64,000 nucleotides of DNA. Source: Acidimicrobiia bacterium (GTDB taxonomy: Bacteria > Actinomycetota > Acidimicrobiia > Spongiisociales > ZC4RG35). Below are positions 36,080-46,978 of the stretch, in pieces. The stretch spans positions 48,571 through 112,570 of the forward strand of contig JAAXHN010000009.1 in NCBI GenBank assembly GCA_012270885.1, read 5' to 3'. The position numbers and the translations under genes were made by a program. Below the pieces are notes generated by a model, which was not told the origin of the DNA, made no database searches, and saw only the letters and a list, made by a program, of their open reading frames with translations. Every line of letters starts with the position of its first letter. Within the stretch, counting starts at the first letter, position 1.

Positions 36080-36529
36080 ATGAATACTGTGCACTTTCCG
36101 CTGCTGTCTGGGGAACAATCTTCCGGCGCCGGGGCGTCGTCCGGTCGGGGGAGTGATCCCACCGCCGTCTTCCGGCCGGTGGATCCCGACTCGGCGCTTC
36201 GCAGGGAGGTACTTGGGCGCTTGGAGGGGTTCGGCGGATGGGGGCTGATGGTGGAGAAAGGGGCCCAGGCGGGCAGGACCTACACCCTTTCGAAAGGGAT
36301 TACCGAAGTAGGGCGCCATCTGCACAGCGGGATCCTCCTGGATGACATCACGGTATCCCGCCGGCATTGCCGCCTGACAGCGGAGGGGGACCGATTAACG
36401 GTGGAGGACGAGGGCTCCACCAATGGAACCTACGTAAACGGCGCCAGGATGGAGGAAAGCCGGCTGCAGCCCGGAGACAGGCTGATGGTGGGACGCTTCC
36501 ACCTGGTTGTAGTCCGGGGTGATGACTGA
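36080..36529 (+). CDS. garA: FHA-domain regulator GarA/OdhI
   Basis: It has an N-terminal TAVFR phospho-motif-like segment and an FHA core (ILLDDITVSRRHCRL...GSTNGTYVNG). It lies directly after gcvH, as in other actinobacteria. Confidence 0.8.
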   Translation: MNTVHFPLLSGEQSSGAGASSGRGSDPTAVFRPVDPDSALRREVLGRLEGFGGWGLMVEKGAQAGRTYTLSKGITEVGRHLHSGILLDDITVSRRHCRLTAEGDRLTVEDEGSTNGTYVNGARMEESRLQPGDRLMVGRFHLVVVRGDD

Positions 36530-37205
36530 TCAGCAAAGCCTTTCCATCGGGGAGGTGATCAAGGTCCTCAGGAAGGACTTTCCCGAGATCACCGTCTCCA
36601 AGGTGCGGTTCCTGGAGACCAAGGGCATGATCCTCCCGAGGCGCACCGCAGGCGGATACCGGCGGTTCGACCGGGCCGACGTGGCCCGGCTTCGGTACAT
36701 CTTGGGGCAGCAGCGGGATCACTTTCTACCTCTCAAGGTGATCAAATCCAAGCTGGCTGCCTGGGAGCGGGGAGACGACCCCTATGACCCGGCGGGCTCG
36801 GACGGCTCCCTCCTCGAAGAGGCCGGTGAGCCGATAACCCGCATCGACGTGTTGCGACGCAGCGGCCTGACCTCCGATCAACTGGACGATCTGGTTGCCC
36901 ATCGGCTCATCGCCCCGCTGCCGGGGGATGAGGACATCTTTCCTCCCGAGGCGGGTCCGGTGGCGTCGGAGGCCAAGCGCCTGATGGACCGGGGTCTGGG
37001 TGGCCGCCATCTCCGCGCCATCCGTCTGGCGGTGGACCGGGAAGTGGATCTGTTCCGGTCGGTGGCGGGCCCCCTGGTGAGGGTGCAGTGGCTGGGCGAG
37101 GGCGGCGAGCACGTCCAGGAGTTGCTGGTGGGGTGCGCCGACGCGCTGGTTGGCATCCACCGGGCCTTGCTTCTGGCTTCCCTCCGGGCGGAGTTGGGCC
37201 GCTGA
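36519..37205 (+). CDS. MerR-family transcriptional regulator (Rv1828/FtsR-like)
   Basis: LSIGEVIKVL..ITVSKVRFLETKGMILPRRTAGGYRRF...QRDHFLPLKVIK. Confidence 0.8.
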   Translation: MMTDQQSLSIGEVIKVLRKDFPEITVSKVRFLETKGMILPRRTAGGYRRFDRADVARLRYILGQQRDHFLPLKVIKSKLAAWERGDDPYDPAGSDGSLLEEAGEPITRIDVLRRSGLTSDQLDDLVAHRLIAPLPGDEDIFPPEAGPVASEAKRLMDRGLGGRHLRAIRLAVDREVDLFRSVAGPLVRVQWLGEGGEHVQELLVGCADALVGIHRALLLASLRAELGR

Positions 37206-37225
37206 AAACCGCTACCGGCCTCGGG

Positions 37226-38296
37226 TTGAGGGTCGCGTGCCTGGCCACGCTCCTGGTGGCGGTGATGTGCGCCACAGCCACGGCCAGTCCCCTGTGGGTG
37301 GAGCCACCTCCCCTTCCCTGGACGCTGGTTCCCGAACCACCCGACCTCGCCGCCGAGTCGTGGCTGCTGTTCGATGAACGCCACGGGGTGGTGCTGGCGG
37401 AGCACAACGCCGACCAGCCCAGGCCGATGGCTTCAACCACCAAGCTGATGACTGCCCTCCTGGCGGTAGAGGTAGGTGATCTCTCCTCTCCGGTGCGGGT
37501 GAGCGAGGCTGCCGTATCGGTGGGGGAGGCGGGAGTGGATCTCGTGGAGGGAGAGGTCTTCCTGCTGAGAACCCTGGTAAGGGCCCTTCTGATCCGCTCG
37601 GGTAACGACGCGGCCTATGCGGTGGCCGAGAACGTGGGCGGAAGCGCCCAGGAGTTTGTGGCGATGATGAACCGCCGGGCCTTGGAACTGGGTCTGCAGA
37701 ATACCTCCTACGCCAATCCCCATGGTCTCGATCATCCCGACCATTACTCCACGGCTCGGGATCTCCTGGTCCTGAGCCGGGCGGTTCTATCGCATCCCGA
37801 GTTGGTCGAGGCGGTGGCCACCCGTCAGATCTCTCTTCGGGATTCGCCGGACGGCCAGGAACGGGTATACACGAACACCAATCAACTGCTCTTCGACTAT
37901 GAGGGAACGATCGGCGTGAAGACCGGATACACCGACGACGCCGGGAGGGTGCTGGTGGCGGCGGCCGAGAGACAGGGCAGGAGGATTCTGGCGGTGGTGA
38001 TGAACACCGAGGATCACTTCACCGAGGCCAAGACGCTGCTCGATTACGGGTTCGAGTCATTCGGATCGGTCCCCGGGTTGGCCTTCGCCGATCTGCGGAT
38101 AAGCCGCAGCCAGCTACTGGCCGAGTTCGCCACCACCACCACGACCCCCGGAGTCCCGGCGGATACCGCGGAGGCCCCGGCGGTGGAGGTGGTGATCACC
38201 CGCCAGCCGGTGGCGATCCGGGTGGGTGAACCTCCCGGGGGGCTGGCTGATCTCTTGAGTTGGATGCTGGGGGTCTTCTCCTCCGAGAACTCATAG
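37226..38296 (+). CDS. D-alanyl-D-alanine carboxypeptidase (serine-type, PBP5/DacB-like)
   Basis: It has SxxK (ASTTKLMTA), SxN (SGND) and KTG (KTGYT). The TTG 37226 start gives the signal peptide LRVACLATLLVAVMCATATA, but the start is uncertain. Confidence 0.8.
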   Translation: MRVACLATLLVAVMCATATASPLWVEPPPLPWTLVPEPPDLAAESWLLFDERHGVVLAEHNADQPRPMASTTKLMTALLAVEVGDLSSPVRVSEAAVSVGEAGVDLVEGEVFLLRTLVRALLIRSGNDAAYAVAENVGGSAQEFVAMMNRRALELGLQNTSYANPHGLDHPDHYSTARDLLVLSRAVLSHPELVEAVATRQISLRDSPDGQERVYTNTNQLLFDYEGTIGVKTGYTDDAGRVLVAAAERQGRRILAVVMNTEDHFTEAKTLLDYGFESFGSVPGLAFADLRISRSQLLAEFATTTTTPGVPADTAEAPAVEVVITRQPVAIRVGEPPGGLADLLSWMLGVFSSENS

Positions 38297-38306
38297 CCCC
38301 GGGCTC

Positions 38307-39041
38307 CTACCGCCCACACCTTCTCAGGAGCAACCGGGTGTCGGAGGTTATGGTGCGCCAGTTCAGCTTGGACTCCCCGGCGACCCGATCCCTGATCACC
38401 GTCCGGACGCCCGTGGACCGGAGCCGTCTGGACATCAGGACCGCGATCAAGACCTTGAAGCCATGCGGCGCCATCCCCTCCAGGGCTTCGGCCAGAACCA
38501 ACCGGTGGGTTCCGAAGAAACCGGACTGGGGGAATAACAGCCCCCTGGTCCGGCGAGGCATCCGCAGGCGGGTCAGCAGTATGGAGGTCCGGGTGAGGGC
38601 CATGCGGTACCACTCCTTGCCCTGTTGCTCCAGCTCTCCCACACACAGGTCATACCCGCTGGTGAGGGCCGCGACCATCTCTTCCACCACGGCCGGATCG
38701 TGTTGCCCATCGGCGTCCATCACCACCACCAGTTCGTGACGGGCTGCATGTGCGGCGTTGCGGACTGCTTCGGTGAGTCCTCCTCCCTCGCACACTCGTA
38801 CCCGGCGGTCTCCGCCGGCGAGGGCCCTCTGCCCGGTTGGGCTGTCCTTCCCTCTCACGACCGAGTCCTCGACATGGTCGGCGGCGGCCACCAACACTTC
38901 GGCCTCCTGCGGAAGGTACTCCAACAACTCGGCCAGCGTGGTCCCGATCACGTCCGTCTCGTTGTAGGCGGGCATGAGAACCGAGAAGGGGACTCCTGAG
39001 GGGGGGTGACCGTTGCGGGTCTCGGTCTCCGACGCCTTCAT
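38307..39041 (-). CDS. family-2 glycosyltransferase (polyprenol-phosphate glycosyltransferase-like)
   Basis: FSVLMPAYNE... VVMDADGQHDP. Confidence 0.8.
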   Translation of the reverse strand: MKASETETRNGHPPSGVPFSVLMPAYNETDVIGTTLAELLEYLPQEAEVLVAAADHVEDSVVRGKDSPTGQRALAGGDRRVRVCEGGGLTEAVRNAAHAARHELVVVMDADGQHDPAVVEEMVAALTSGYDLCVGELEQQGKEWYRMALTRTSILLTRLRMPRRTRGLLFPQSGFFGTHRLVLAEALEGMAPHGFKVLIAVLMSRRLRSTGVRTVIRDRVAGESKLNWRTITSDTRLLLRRCGR

Positions 39042-39165
39042 GGGCAGTAGTTTGGCGGCATGGCGATGAGATGCTAAACCGGTCGGGATGGAGATCGCCC
39101 GCCAGTCGGCCTCAAGCAGTCGGATCCTCAGTCATAGGATGGGGGCCATTAAGATTAGGAAAACC

Positions 39166-39756
39166 ATGAGCGACGCTGACCGGCTGTTCGGCCCGGGCAC
39201 CGTCTCGGAGGTGTTCACCTCCGAGGAGATCTCGGAACGGGTGGCCGAACTGGGCAGGGCCCTCACCACCGAATACCGGGACCGTTCCCCGGTGATGGTG
39301 GGGATAATGAAGGGATCGGTGTGCTTTCTGGCGGACCTGGTAAGGAACATGGATCTTGAGATGGAGATCGAGTTCCTGGCGCTCAAGCGCTACAGGGAGG
39401 GCGCCTATGTCGGTATCGCCATGGATCTTTTCACTGACATCGGTGGACGGGACGTGATTGTGGTCATGGACATGGTGGACACCGGTTTCAACCTCGATGC
39501 CATCCACCAGTTGTTGAGAGAGCGCGCCCCGGCTTCCATTGCCACGGTTGCCCTTCTGGACCGGAGGGTGCGGCGGCTGATGGAGGTGCCTCTGGAATAC
39601 CGCGGCTTTGAGGTCGGATACGACTTCCTGGTGGGATACGGCTTGGACTGGGATGGCCGCTACCGGGGGCTGCCTTCGATTTGGGCAGTGCTCGATCGGT
39701 CGGCCCTCGAAACCGATCCCCATTTGCTGGACCGCCACGTGTTTGCGGAGAGGTAG
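39166..39756 (+). CDS. hpt: hypoxanthine phosphoribosyltransferase
   Basis: The PRPP loop is VIVVMDMVDTGFNL, and the C-terminus is FLVGYGLDWDGRYRGLPSI. ATG 39166 was chosen. Confidence 0.85.
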   Translation: MSDADRLFGPGTVSEVFTSEEISERVAELGRALTTEYRDRSPVMVGIMKGSVCFLADLVRNMDLEMEIEFLALKRYREGAYVGIAMDLFTDIGGRDVIVVMDMVDTGFNLDAIHQLLRERAPASIATVALLDRRVRRLMEVPLEYRGFEVGYDFLVGYGLDWDGRYRGLPSIWAVLDRSALETDPHLLDRHVFAER

Positions 39757-39763
39757 CCCTCCT

Positions 39764-39819
39764 CCAGTCGTGGAGAGCGCGCCCCGGCGTCGATTGCTAC
39801 GGTCGCCATTCTTGACGGG
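39764..39819 (+). pseudogene. internal fragment of a second hpt copy (matches hpt nt 39507-39564)
   Basis: About 47 of 56 aligned nt are identical by eye, with a 2-nt indel in a GA repeat. It encodes ERAPASIATVAILDGS versus ERAPASIATVALLDRR. Recognisable similarity ends at the purN stop. Confidence 0.6.
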
Positions 39820-39822
39820 TCG

Positions 39823-40437
39823 TCAGCGCCCCTCCTCGAGAAGTGTCGTCACCGTGTCGACTAGTAGCCGGTGCTCTACCCGGTGGATCCGCTCGGTGAG
39901 GATGTGGATCGAGTCGTCGTTGTGTATCGGTATCTCTTCGCAGGTGATGACGGGACCGTCATCCACGCCCTCGTCCACGACGTAATGAACCATCACGCCG
40001 GCGGAGGTGACTTCCCCGGCTCGGTAGGCGGCCCACGTGTCTTCAATTGCAGTAGCTCCCGGAAACATCCCGGGAAGCGCGGGATGGAGGTTGATCACCT
40101 GTTTCGGAAATCGGTCGAGAAACGCCGTTGACAACAGGTGCATCCACCCGGCCAGCACCACCAGATCGGGCCGGGCGTCGGCTACGGCGTCGGCCAGGTC
40201 GGCGTCGTAGCGGGAACGGGCCGCCAACAGATCAGGTTCACCTTGGACATAGGGCCCGAGCAGGCGGCATTCCTCGGGGATTCCTGCATGGCGGGCCCGT
40301 TCCCGAGCGGGTGCCCCCCGGCGATTGACGATCACCTTGGTCACTTCGGCTGGAACCCGACCGGCTGCGACCGCGTCGATCAGTGCTTGAAGGTTGGTCC
40401 CCGAGCCCGAGGCCAGGACGACCAGCCGTCCCGTCAC
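39823..40437 (-). CDS. purN: phosphoribosylglycinamide formyltransferase
   Basis: LVVLASGSGTNLQALIDA ... INLHPALP. Confidence 0.9.
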   Translation of the reverse strand: MTGRLVVLASGSGTNLQALIDAVAAGRVPAEVTKVIVNRRGAPARERARHAGIPEECRLLGPYVQGEPDLLAARSRYDADLADAVADARPDLVVLAGWMHLLSTAFLDRFPKQVINLHPALPGMFPGATAIEDTWAAYRAGEVTSAGVMVHYVVDEGVDDGPVITCEEIPIHNDDSIHILTERIHRVEHRLLVDTVTTLLEEGR

Positions 40438-41435
40438 CGCCAGGACCCGGCCAACGCCACCCGGTCACCCCCGTCCCGGATGGGTATCACTTCCCCGATC
40501 TCCAGACAGCCCAACTCGATGGCTCGCCTCCCCAGGACCCTGTCGATGACCGCCGCCATACCGATGCCCATGTTCCATGTGCGGAATGCCTCAGCATCTT
40601 CGATCCCGCTCCAATCCACAAGGGTGACGAAGGGCTCCGGTATCCTCCACGATCCCAGTTCGACCGTCACACCCAGGCCAAAGGGGAGCACTCTGGGAAG
40701 GTTGTCGACCAGGCCACCGCCGGTCACATGCGCCAAGGCCTTGGGCGCCACTCCCTCGGCTAGCAGCGAGCGCATGAACGGCAGGTAGCTGCGGTGCGGG
40801 GCCAGCAGGCGATCGATCATGGGTTTCGGCGGTTCCCGGTTCTCGATCAGCCGACGGATCAGCGAATACCCGTTGGTATGCGGCCCGCTGCTCGGTAGGC
40901 CGACCAGCAGGTCCCCTTCCCTCACCTCGTCCAAACGGGGGAGAAGACCATCACGGTCGGCTGTCCCGACGATCGTTCCGACGACGTCCACTGCCCCGGC
41001 CGCATAGACACCCGGCATCTCCGCCGTCTCACCTCCCAGCAGGGCACAGCCCGCCTCCCGGCATGCGTCCGCCATACCCGCAACGATTGCGACCACCACT
41101 TCGGGTATCAGTTTCGAGGTCGCGATGTAGTCGAGGAAGAATCTCGGCTCGGCACCGACCACGAGGATGTCGTTGATGCAGTGGTTGACCACATCGACGC
41201 CTACTCCGTGCCAGCGGTCGTACCGAGCCGCCAGCGCGACCTTCGTGCCGACCCCGTCAGTAGATGCCACCAGCACCTTCCCGGGTCCGAGCCCGTCGGC
41301 CGCGTAGAGGCCGCCGAATCCTCCCCCGCCCTCCAGTACCTCGTCGGTAGTGGTGGAGGCCACTGCCGAGGCCAGGAGTTCCACGGTTCTGTTGCCGGCA
41401 TCTATATCGACCCCCGCGTCGCGATAGGTGATCAT
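40434..41435 (-). CDS. purM: phosphoribosylformylglycinamidine cyclo-ligase (AIR synthetase)
   Basis: MITYRDAGVDIDAG ... DGVGTK. ATG 41435 overlaps the purD stop (ATGA). Confidence 0.9.
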   Translation of the reverse strand: MITYRDAGVDIDAGNRTVELLASAVASTTTDEVLEGGGGFGGLYAADGLGPGKVLVASTDGVGTKVALAARYDRWHGVGVDVVNHCINDILVVGAEPRFFLDYIATSKLIPEVVVAIVAGMADACREAGCALLGGETAEMPGVYAAGAVDVVGTIVGTADRDGLLPRLDEVREGDLLVGLPSSGPHTNGYSLIRRLIENREPPKPMIDRLLAPHRSYLPFMRSLLAEGVAPKALAHVTGGGLVDNLPRVLPFGLGVTVELGSWRIPEPFVTLVDWSGIEDAEAFRTWNMGIGMAAVIDRVLGRRAIELGCLEIGEVIPIRDGGDRVALAGSWR

Positions 41436-42745
41436 CCGACGTCCACCTCCCGGCACGGCAGTGATCGGGCCTCTGGTGGGAGGCGGCGGCCGATGTCCCG
41501 CCGGTAATGCGCACCCTCGAAGGAGATCGACTCGGTGCCCGCGTAGGCACGCTCCGTCGCCTCCGCCAGGGTGCTCCCCAGGGCGGTGACGCCCAGCACC
41601 CTCCCGCCGGCGGCGAGGGTCACGCCTTCGATGCGGTCGGTCCCGGCGTGGAACACCAGGCATCCAGTCAGTTTCGCCTCTTCGAGACCTGTGATCGGTG
41701 CAGGTGGAGCAGAACCGGTCGGATAACCGGCGGAGGCCATCACCACGGTGGCGGACGCCGACCGCGACCAGTCGACGGGGATGCCGTCCAGCGAACCCGT
41801 GGCACATCCGAGCATGACCTCGAAGAGATCACTCTCCAAGAGCGGCAGCACCGCTTGCGCTTCAGGATCGCCCATGCGGCAGTTGATCTCCAGCACCTTG
41901 GGTCCGGCGTCGGTGATCATAAGCCCGAAGTAGATCACGCCTCGATACGGCGTACCGGTCTCCCCGAGCGCGTCAAGGGTCGGGCGGATGATGCGGTCGC
42001 TCACTTCGGCGATGAGCGCTCCGGTGGCGACCGGAGACGGCACGAAGGCACCCATTCCTCCCGTATTCGGTCCCCCGTCACCGTCGAGGAGCCGTTTGTG
42101 GTCCTGCGCCGAGGGCATGACGACAAAGTCGGTCCCGTCGCTGAAGGCGAGCACCGACACCTCGGTGCCCCACAGCCGTTCCTCCACCACCACCTCACGA
42201 CCTGCTTCTCCGAACCGCCCTTCGATTAGCATCGCCCGGAGAGCCGCAGCCGCCTCCCCATGGGTCTCGGCAACCACCACTCCCTTGCCGCCCGCCAGTC
42301 CGCTGGCCTTGATGACCGGGGCGGAAGGGAGTTGCTCAAGATAGGCGATGGCGAGGTCCGGATCACGGAACGAGGCCGATGCGCCGGTCGGTATCGAGAG
42401 CGCGTTCAAGAAGGTCTTGCAGTAGGCTTTCGAAGCCTCTAGGCGAGCGCAGGCAGCGGTAGGGCCGAAGGCAGGGATACCGACCGCATCCAGCGCATCG
42501 GTAAGTCCCGCAGCCAGCGGAGCTTCGGGACCTACTGCCACCAGGTCTACCGATTCATGGCGGGCAGCGGCCACCAACCCGGCGATGTCACCTGCTCCGA
42601 CTGGCAGGTTCTCGCAATGCTTCTCCGAAGCCGTGCCCGGGTTACCGGGCGCTACGAGGATCCGGTCCACCCGGGGGGACTTGCCCAGGGACCAGGAGAG
42701 CGCATGCTCGCGGCCTCCTCCACCCACCACAAGCACCGTGGTCAC
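41432..42745 (-). CDS. purD: phosphoribosylamine-glycine ligase
   Basis: TTVLVVGGGGREHAL, with an ATP-grasp core. Confidence 0.9.
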   Translation of the reverse strand: MTTVLVVGGGGREHALSWSLGKSPRVDRILVAPGNPGTASEKHCENLPVGAGDIAGLVAAARHESVDLVAVGPEAPLAAGLTDALDAVGIPAFGPTAACARLEASKAYCKTFLNALSIPTGASASFRDPDLAIAYLEQLPSAPVIKASGLAGGKGVVVAETHGEAAAALRAMLIEGRFGEAGREVVVEERLWGTEVSVLAFSDGTDFVVMPSAQDHKRLLDGDGGPNTGGMGAFVPSPVATGALIAEVSDRIIRPTLDALGETGTPYRGVIYFGLMITDAGPKVLEINCRMGDPEAQAVLPLLESDLFEVMLGCATGSLDGIPVDWSRSASATVVMASAGYPTGSAPPAPITGLEEAKLTGCLVFHAGTDRIEGVTLAAGGRVLGVTALGSTLAEATERAYAGTESISFEGAHYRRDIGRRLPPEARSLPCREVDVG

Positions 42746-42749
42746 CTGC

Positions 42750-44180
42750 TCACTCTCCCCACACTGAAGCCAAGCGATCCTTGAGACCTAGTTGCAACTG
42801 AACGAAGCTCTCAGGCTCGAACGGGTACTTGCCGGTGAAACAGGCGTTGCAGTAGCCGTCTTCGGAAGAGAGTGCTCTCATCAGACCCTCCAGCGAGAGA
42901 TAGGCGAGGGAGTCGGCGCCGATCTCCTCACAGATCTCGGGCACCGAAAGGCGGGCGGCGACCAGATGCTCCGGGGAGTCTATGTCGATCCCCATATAGC
43001 AGGGATGGGTGATGGCGGGGCACGCCACCCGCACGTGCACCTCCGCGGCCCCGGCGTCGCGCAACATACGCACCAACTGTCCGACAGTCGTCCCCCTCAC
43101 GATCGAATCGTCGACCATCACGATTCGCCGGCCTACCAGGTTATCCGTGAGGGGATTGAATTTCATGGCCACACCGGCATCGCGCAGTTCCTGGGTCGGT
43201 TCTATGAAGGTCCGGCCCACGTAGCGGTTCTTGATCAGCCCCTCTGTGTAGGGCAGATCCGATTCTTGGGCGAATCCGACCGCGTGGGGCGTTCCCGAGT
43301 CGGGCACGGACAGAACCAGGTCCGCTTCGACCGGGGCTTCTCGCGCCAGTTCCCGGCCGAGCCGCTGTCGCACGCTGTGCACCAGGTCGCCGTCGTGGAC
43401 GGTGTCGGGCCGTGAGAAGTAGATGTGTTCGAAGGTGCAGAAGGCCCGGGCGGGCGGCGGCGCCCCCTGTTCGATGTTCAGCCCGGAAGCGTCGATCCTG
43501 GCAATCTCCCCTGGCTGCAACTCGGCCACGAAGCTGGCGCCGGTCGTTGAGAACGCACAGGTTTCCGACGCAAGTATGTAGCCATCATTGATCTCCCCGA
43601 TCACCAGGGGACGGAATCCACGCGGGTCGCGCACTCCGTATATAGCCTGGCGGGTGAGAATGGTGAGCGAGTAGGCTCCCTCGACCCGCCTCATGAGCGT
43701 CCGGATCCTATCCAGCCAGCTACCCGACGCCCCGGTGAGGACATGAACCATCAGCTCGGTGTCGGAGGATGTCTGCAAGCCCACGCCCTGTTCCAGAAGC
43801 TCCCGGCGAAGCTGGGGGGCGTTCACGAGGTTGCCGTTGTGCGCCACCGCCAGCGGACCGTCGATGGTCTCGATCACCTGCGGCTGGGCATTGCGAAGGG
43901 TGGAACCGCCGGTGGTGCTGTAACGGTTGTGGCCGATGGCGACCGAACCTTTCAAAGTCGAGAGGATGTCCTCGTTGAAAACCGAGCCAACCAGCCCCTC
44001 ACCCTTGTGCACGTGGGTGAATAGGCTGTCGTAACTGACGATCCCGGCGGCCTCCTGACCCCGATGCTGCAAGGCGAAGAGCCCGAAGAACGCTATCCGG
44101 GCCGCTTCCCGGCCGGGCGCATAGACGCCCACCACCCCGCACTTCTCGCGGGGGCTGTCACGGTCAAGGTCGCCGATCAT
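42750..44180 (-). CDS. purF: amidophosphoribosyltransferase
   Basis: A short propeptide precedes CGVVGVY. It has the PRPP loop VMVDDSIVRGTT. ATG 44180 overlaps the purK stop (ATGA). Confidence 0.9.
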   Translation of the reverse strand: MIGDLDRDSPREKCGVVGVYAPGREAARIAFFGLFALQHRGQEAAGIVSYDSLFTHVHKGEGLVGSVFNEDILSTLKGSVAIGHNRYSTTGGSTLRNAQPQVIETIDGPLAVAHNGNLVNAPQLRRELLEQGVGLQTSSDTELMVHVLTGASGSWLDRIRTLMRRVEGAYSLTILTRQAIYGVRDPRGFRPLVIGEINDGYILASETCAFSTTGASFVAELQPGEIARIDASGLNIEQGAPPPARAFCTFEHIYFSRPDTVHDGDLVHSVRQRLGRELAREAPVEADLVLSVPDSGTPHAVGFAQESDLPYTEGLIKNRYVGRTFIEPTQELRDAGVAMKFNPLTDNLVGRRIVMVDDSIVRGTTVGQLVRMLRDAGAAEVHVRVACPAITHPCYMGIDIDSPEHLVAARLSVPEICEEIGADSLAYLSLEGLMRALSSEDGYCNACFTGKYPFEPESFVQLQLGLKDRLASVWGE

Positions 44181-45343
44181 GACCGCCGCCGAAGCCTGCG
44201 GCGCGCCGCCAGAGCGCGTTGCAAAGCCCGCTCGACTGTGGTGTCTGTGCACGTGATGTGGCCCATCTTGCGACCGTTGCGGACCTCCTCCTTGCCATAG
44301 AGATGGAGGTGCACGCCAGGGTCGGACATGGCCTCCGACCAGACAGGTTGGCGGCCGGAATGATCCTTCCAAAGATCACCGAGAAGCTGCACCATGGCCG
44401 CAGGACGGCAGGAGCCGTCACCGAGGGGCAGGCCGCATATCGCACGGATGTGCTGACCGAACTGGCTGGTGGAGGCCGCCTCGATGGTGCAGTGGCCGCT
44501 GTTGTGCGGACGCGGAGCGATCTCGTTCACCACCAGGCTGTCTCCGGCTACGAACATCTCAACGCAGAGCACCCCGACCAGGTCGAGGTGGCGGACGATC
44601 GCGGTTGCGAGTTCCACGGCAGCTCCGACCACCCTGGGCGGGACCGATAAGGGTGGCGTAACCGTCGTGTCGAGTATCCGGTTGACGTGGACGTTCTCCA
44701 AGACGCCGTGATGGGCCACCTCGCCATCGATCCCCCGGGCTACGACCACCGAGATCTCCACGTCGAAGGGAACCACCTCCTCGACCAGCAGGCGCTCGGG
44801 ACCGAGTGCCTCCACGACCCCGCCCACCGCGGCCTGGTCAGCCGTCGTGAGTCGAACCTGGCCGCGGCCATCATATCCGAACCGCATGCGCTTGACGATG
44901 ACCGGCAGACCGAGGTCCGCTACGGCGCGATCCAGATCGGTTGCCGTAGCGACTTCGCGAAACGCCGCCACCGGCGCTCCGGCGGCCATCAGGGCGCGGC
45001 GCTCCCGACCCCGGTCCTGGGCGGCCGTTATAACCGATCCGGCCGGCCGAACCGGTACATCCGACCGGGCAGCCAACTCTGCAAGCAGACTCACTTCCAC
45101 ATTCTCGAACTCCCACGTGATGACGTCTGAGAGGTCTACAAACTGCTGCACGGCCAGATCGTCATCGTACGAGGCCGCCACCTCGACGTCCGCCACCCGC
45201 CCGCCAGGGGTGTCCTTGGCCCCTCCGGTCAGCACGGCCACGCGGTAGCCGAGCCGATGAGCCTCGAAGGACAGCATCCTTCCCAGTTGTCCGCCACCCA
45301 CGATGCCGATCGTGCCTCCGGGCTCCAACGGGCGGTTCATCAT
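44177..45343 (-). CDS. purK: N5-carboxyaminoimidazole ribonucleotide synthase
   Basis: [16 protein letters not shown]-grasp fold. Confidence 0.9.
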   Translation of the reverse strand: MMNRPLEPGGTIGIVGGGQLGRMLSFEAHRLGYRVAVLTGGAKDTPGGRVADVEVAASYDDDLAVQQFVDLSDVITWEFENVEVSLLAELAARSDVPVRPAGSVITAAQDRGRERRALMAAGAPVAAFREVATATDLDRAVADLGLPVIVKRMRFGYDGRGQVRLTTADQAAVGGVVEALGPERLLVEEVVPFDVEISVVVARGIDGEVAHHGVLENVHVNRILDTTVTPPLSVPPRVVGAAVELATAIVRHLDLVGVLCVEMFVAGDSLVVNEIAPRPHNSGHCTIEAASTSQFGQHIRAICGLPLGDGSCRPAAMVQLLGDLWKDHSGRQPVWSEAMSDPGVHLHLYGKEEVRNGRKMGHITCTDTTVERALQRALAARRRLRRRS

Positions 45344-45831
45344 AGTTCGAGCTCGACCCCGCTCGCGGCCGCGGCCCGCCTTTCACGGTACGCCTTGAGC
45401 CTCCCGGCCAACCGTGGATCGTGACGGGCCAGCATCGCCACCGCGTACAGGCCGGCATTGGTGGCCCCCGCCTCGCCGATCGCCATGGTGGCGACCGGTA
45501 CCCCGGCCGGCATCTGCACGATCGACAGGAGCGAATCCATACCCCTCAGGGCGCGGCTCCGGATCGGGACGCCGATGACCGGGACAATCGTGTGTCCGGC
45601 GACCATCCCCGGTAGGTGCGCGGCGCCACCGGCCCCGGCGATGATCACCTCGAGTCCCCGATCTGAAGCAGAGAGGGCGTAGTCCGCCATGAGGTCAGGG
45701 GTGCGGTGCGCCGAGATGACCCTGGACTCATATGGAACTCCGAAGTCTTCGAGGACTTCAGCGGCTCGTCGCATGGTTGGCCAATCGGACTCGCTGCCCA
45801 TGATGATCCCAACGAGCGGGGGTCCGGTCAA
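45340..45831 (-). CDS. purE: N5-CAIR mutase
   Basis: [14 protein letters not shown] ... [10 protein letters not shown]. Confidence 0.9.
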   Translation of the reverse strand: MTGPPLVGIIMGSESDWPTMRRAAEVLEDFGVPYESRVISAHRTPDLMADYALSASDRGLEVIIAGAGGAAHLPGMVAGHTIVPVIGVPIRSRALRGMDSLLSIVQMPAGVPVATMAIGEAGATNAGLYAVAMLARHDPRLAGRLKAYRERRAAAASGVELEL

Positions 45832-45967
45832 GCTCCTTCTCCTCCGCCCCCCGCCGGCGAGCTGCCGGACAAGGCAATCACTCTATGTAGACAGACCAGT
45901 GCACCGGTCCTTTCCCGCTTCCGAAGCCAGCGAGGAACTGGTCCACCCGCCGGAGCCTTGGGCACCA

Positions 45968-46978
45968 TTATGCACGGTGGTGCAAGCGAACCGCGGTAAC
46001 GACGCGAGGTGTCGCCGGGTAGCAAGCCGGAACCAGCGGATGGCCGGTGAGGACCTCGAACACCTCCAGATAAACTTCTGCGGTTCTGATTGCCAACCCG
46101 GTTGCCAGCGGCGGCGGGTCACCCTCTCCCACAAAGCCCTGAGCGGCGAAGGCAAGACGGACGATTTCCTTGTCCAGATTCTCGGGCTGCCCACCGGCAG
46201 CGAGGCGCTCCTCCACAGTTGCCGCCCTCCAGAAACGTGACGAGTCGGGTGTGTGGACCTCGTCGATGATGACCACCCTGCCATCCGGGTCGAGACCGAA
46301 CTCGTACTTGGTATCGACCAACACCAAGCCGGCTTCCGCAGCCGTCCGTGCGCCCCGCTCGAACAGGGCTAGAGCGATACTCCGCACCTCATCCCAGCAC
46401 CGGGCCTCCACCAGCCCGCTCTCGACGATGTCCCGCTCGCTGATCGGACGATCGTGGGCGCCCATGGCGCCCTTGGTGGTCGGGGTGATGATCGGTCGCG
46501 GCAACTGATCGTTCTTCTTCAGACCATCAGGAAACCGCATGCCGTAGACGTGGCGGGCGCCGGCTGCGTAGAGGGTCCACAGCGAGGTGCCGGTCGTTCC
46601 GGTCAGCCGGCTTCGGACCACTACCTCCACCGGCAGAGGCCGACACTTGCGGGCGATCATCACATTGGGATCCGGCACCCCGACCATGTGGGTGGGGACC
46701 AGATCGGCGATCCGGTCGAACCACCAAGCCGACAACTGGTTGAGAACCTGGCCCCGGTACGGCACTGTTCCCAAGATCCGGTCGAAGGCCGACAGGCGAT
46801 CGGTGGCGATCAAAGCCAGCCGGTCACCTAGATCGACGACGTCACGCACCTTGCCCCGCACGACGGGACCGACGTCCTGTACGTCGGCGGCTTCGATTCC
46901 TGTGAAGGGTTGGGCCAGGGGGAGCCTGAGGTCGGGTCTCACGACCTCGATCTCGTCGGGCTGCTCACCGGGCGGCAT
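45968..46978 (-). CDS. purC: SAICAR synthetase (long form)
   Basis: LIATDRLSAFDRILG ... LVDTKYEFG. Confidence 0.85.
   Translation of the reverse strand: MPPGEQPDEIEVVRPDLRLPLAQPFTGIEAADVQDVGPVVRGKVRDVVDLGDRLALIATDRLSAFDRILGTVPYRGQVLNQLSAWWFDRIADLVPTHMVGVPDPNVMIARKCRPLPVEVVVRSRLTGTTGTSLWTLYAAGARHVYGMRFPDGLKKNDQLPRPIITPTTKGAMGAHDRPISERDIVESGLVEARCWDEVRSIALALFERGARTAAEAGLVLVDTKYEFGLDPDGRVVIIDEVHTPDSSRFWRAATVEERLAAGGQPENLDKEIVRLAFAAQGFVGEGDPPPLATGLAIRTAEVYLEVFEVLTGHPLVPACYPATPRVVTAVRLHHRA

Noticed and set aside
45832-45967. Possible ZTP (pfl) or other purine-related riboswitch in the purC-purE gap
   Set aside because: On the coding (minus) strand I could not find the conserved ZTP elements (GGGTCGTGACTGGCG-type core and the CCGCCTGGGCA pseudoknot partner). 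A CCGCC...TGGGCA-like string exists only on the wrong strand.
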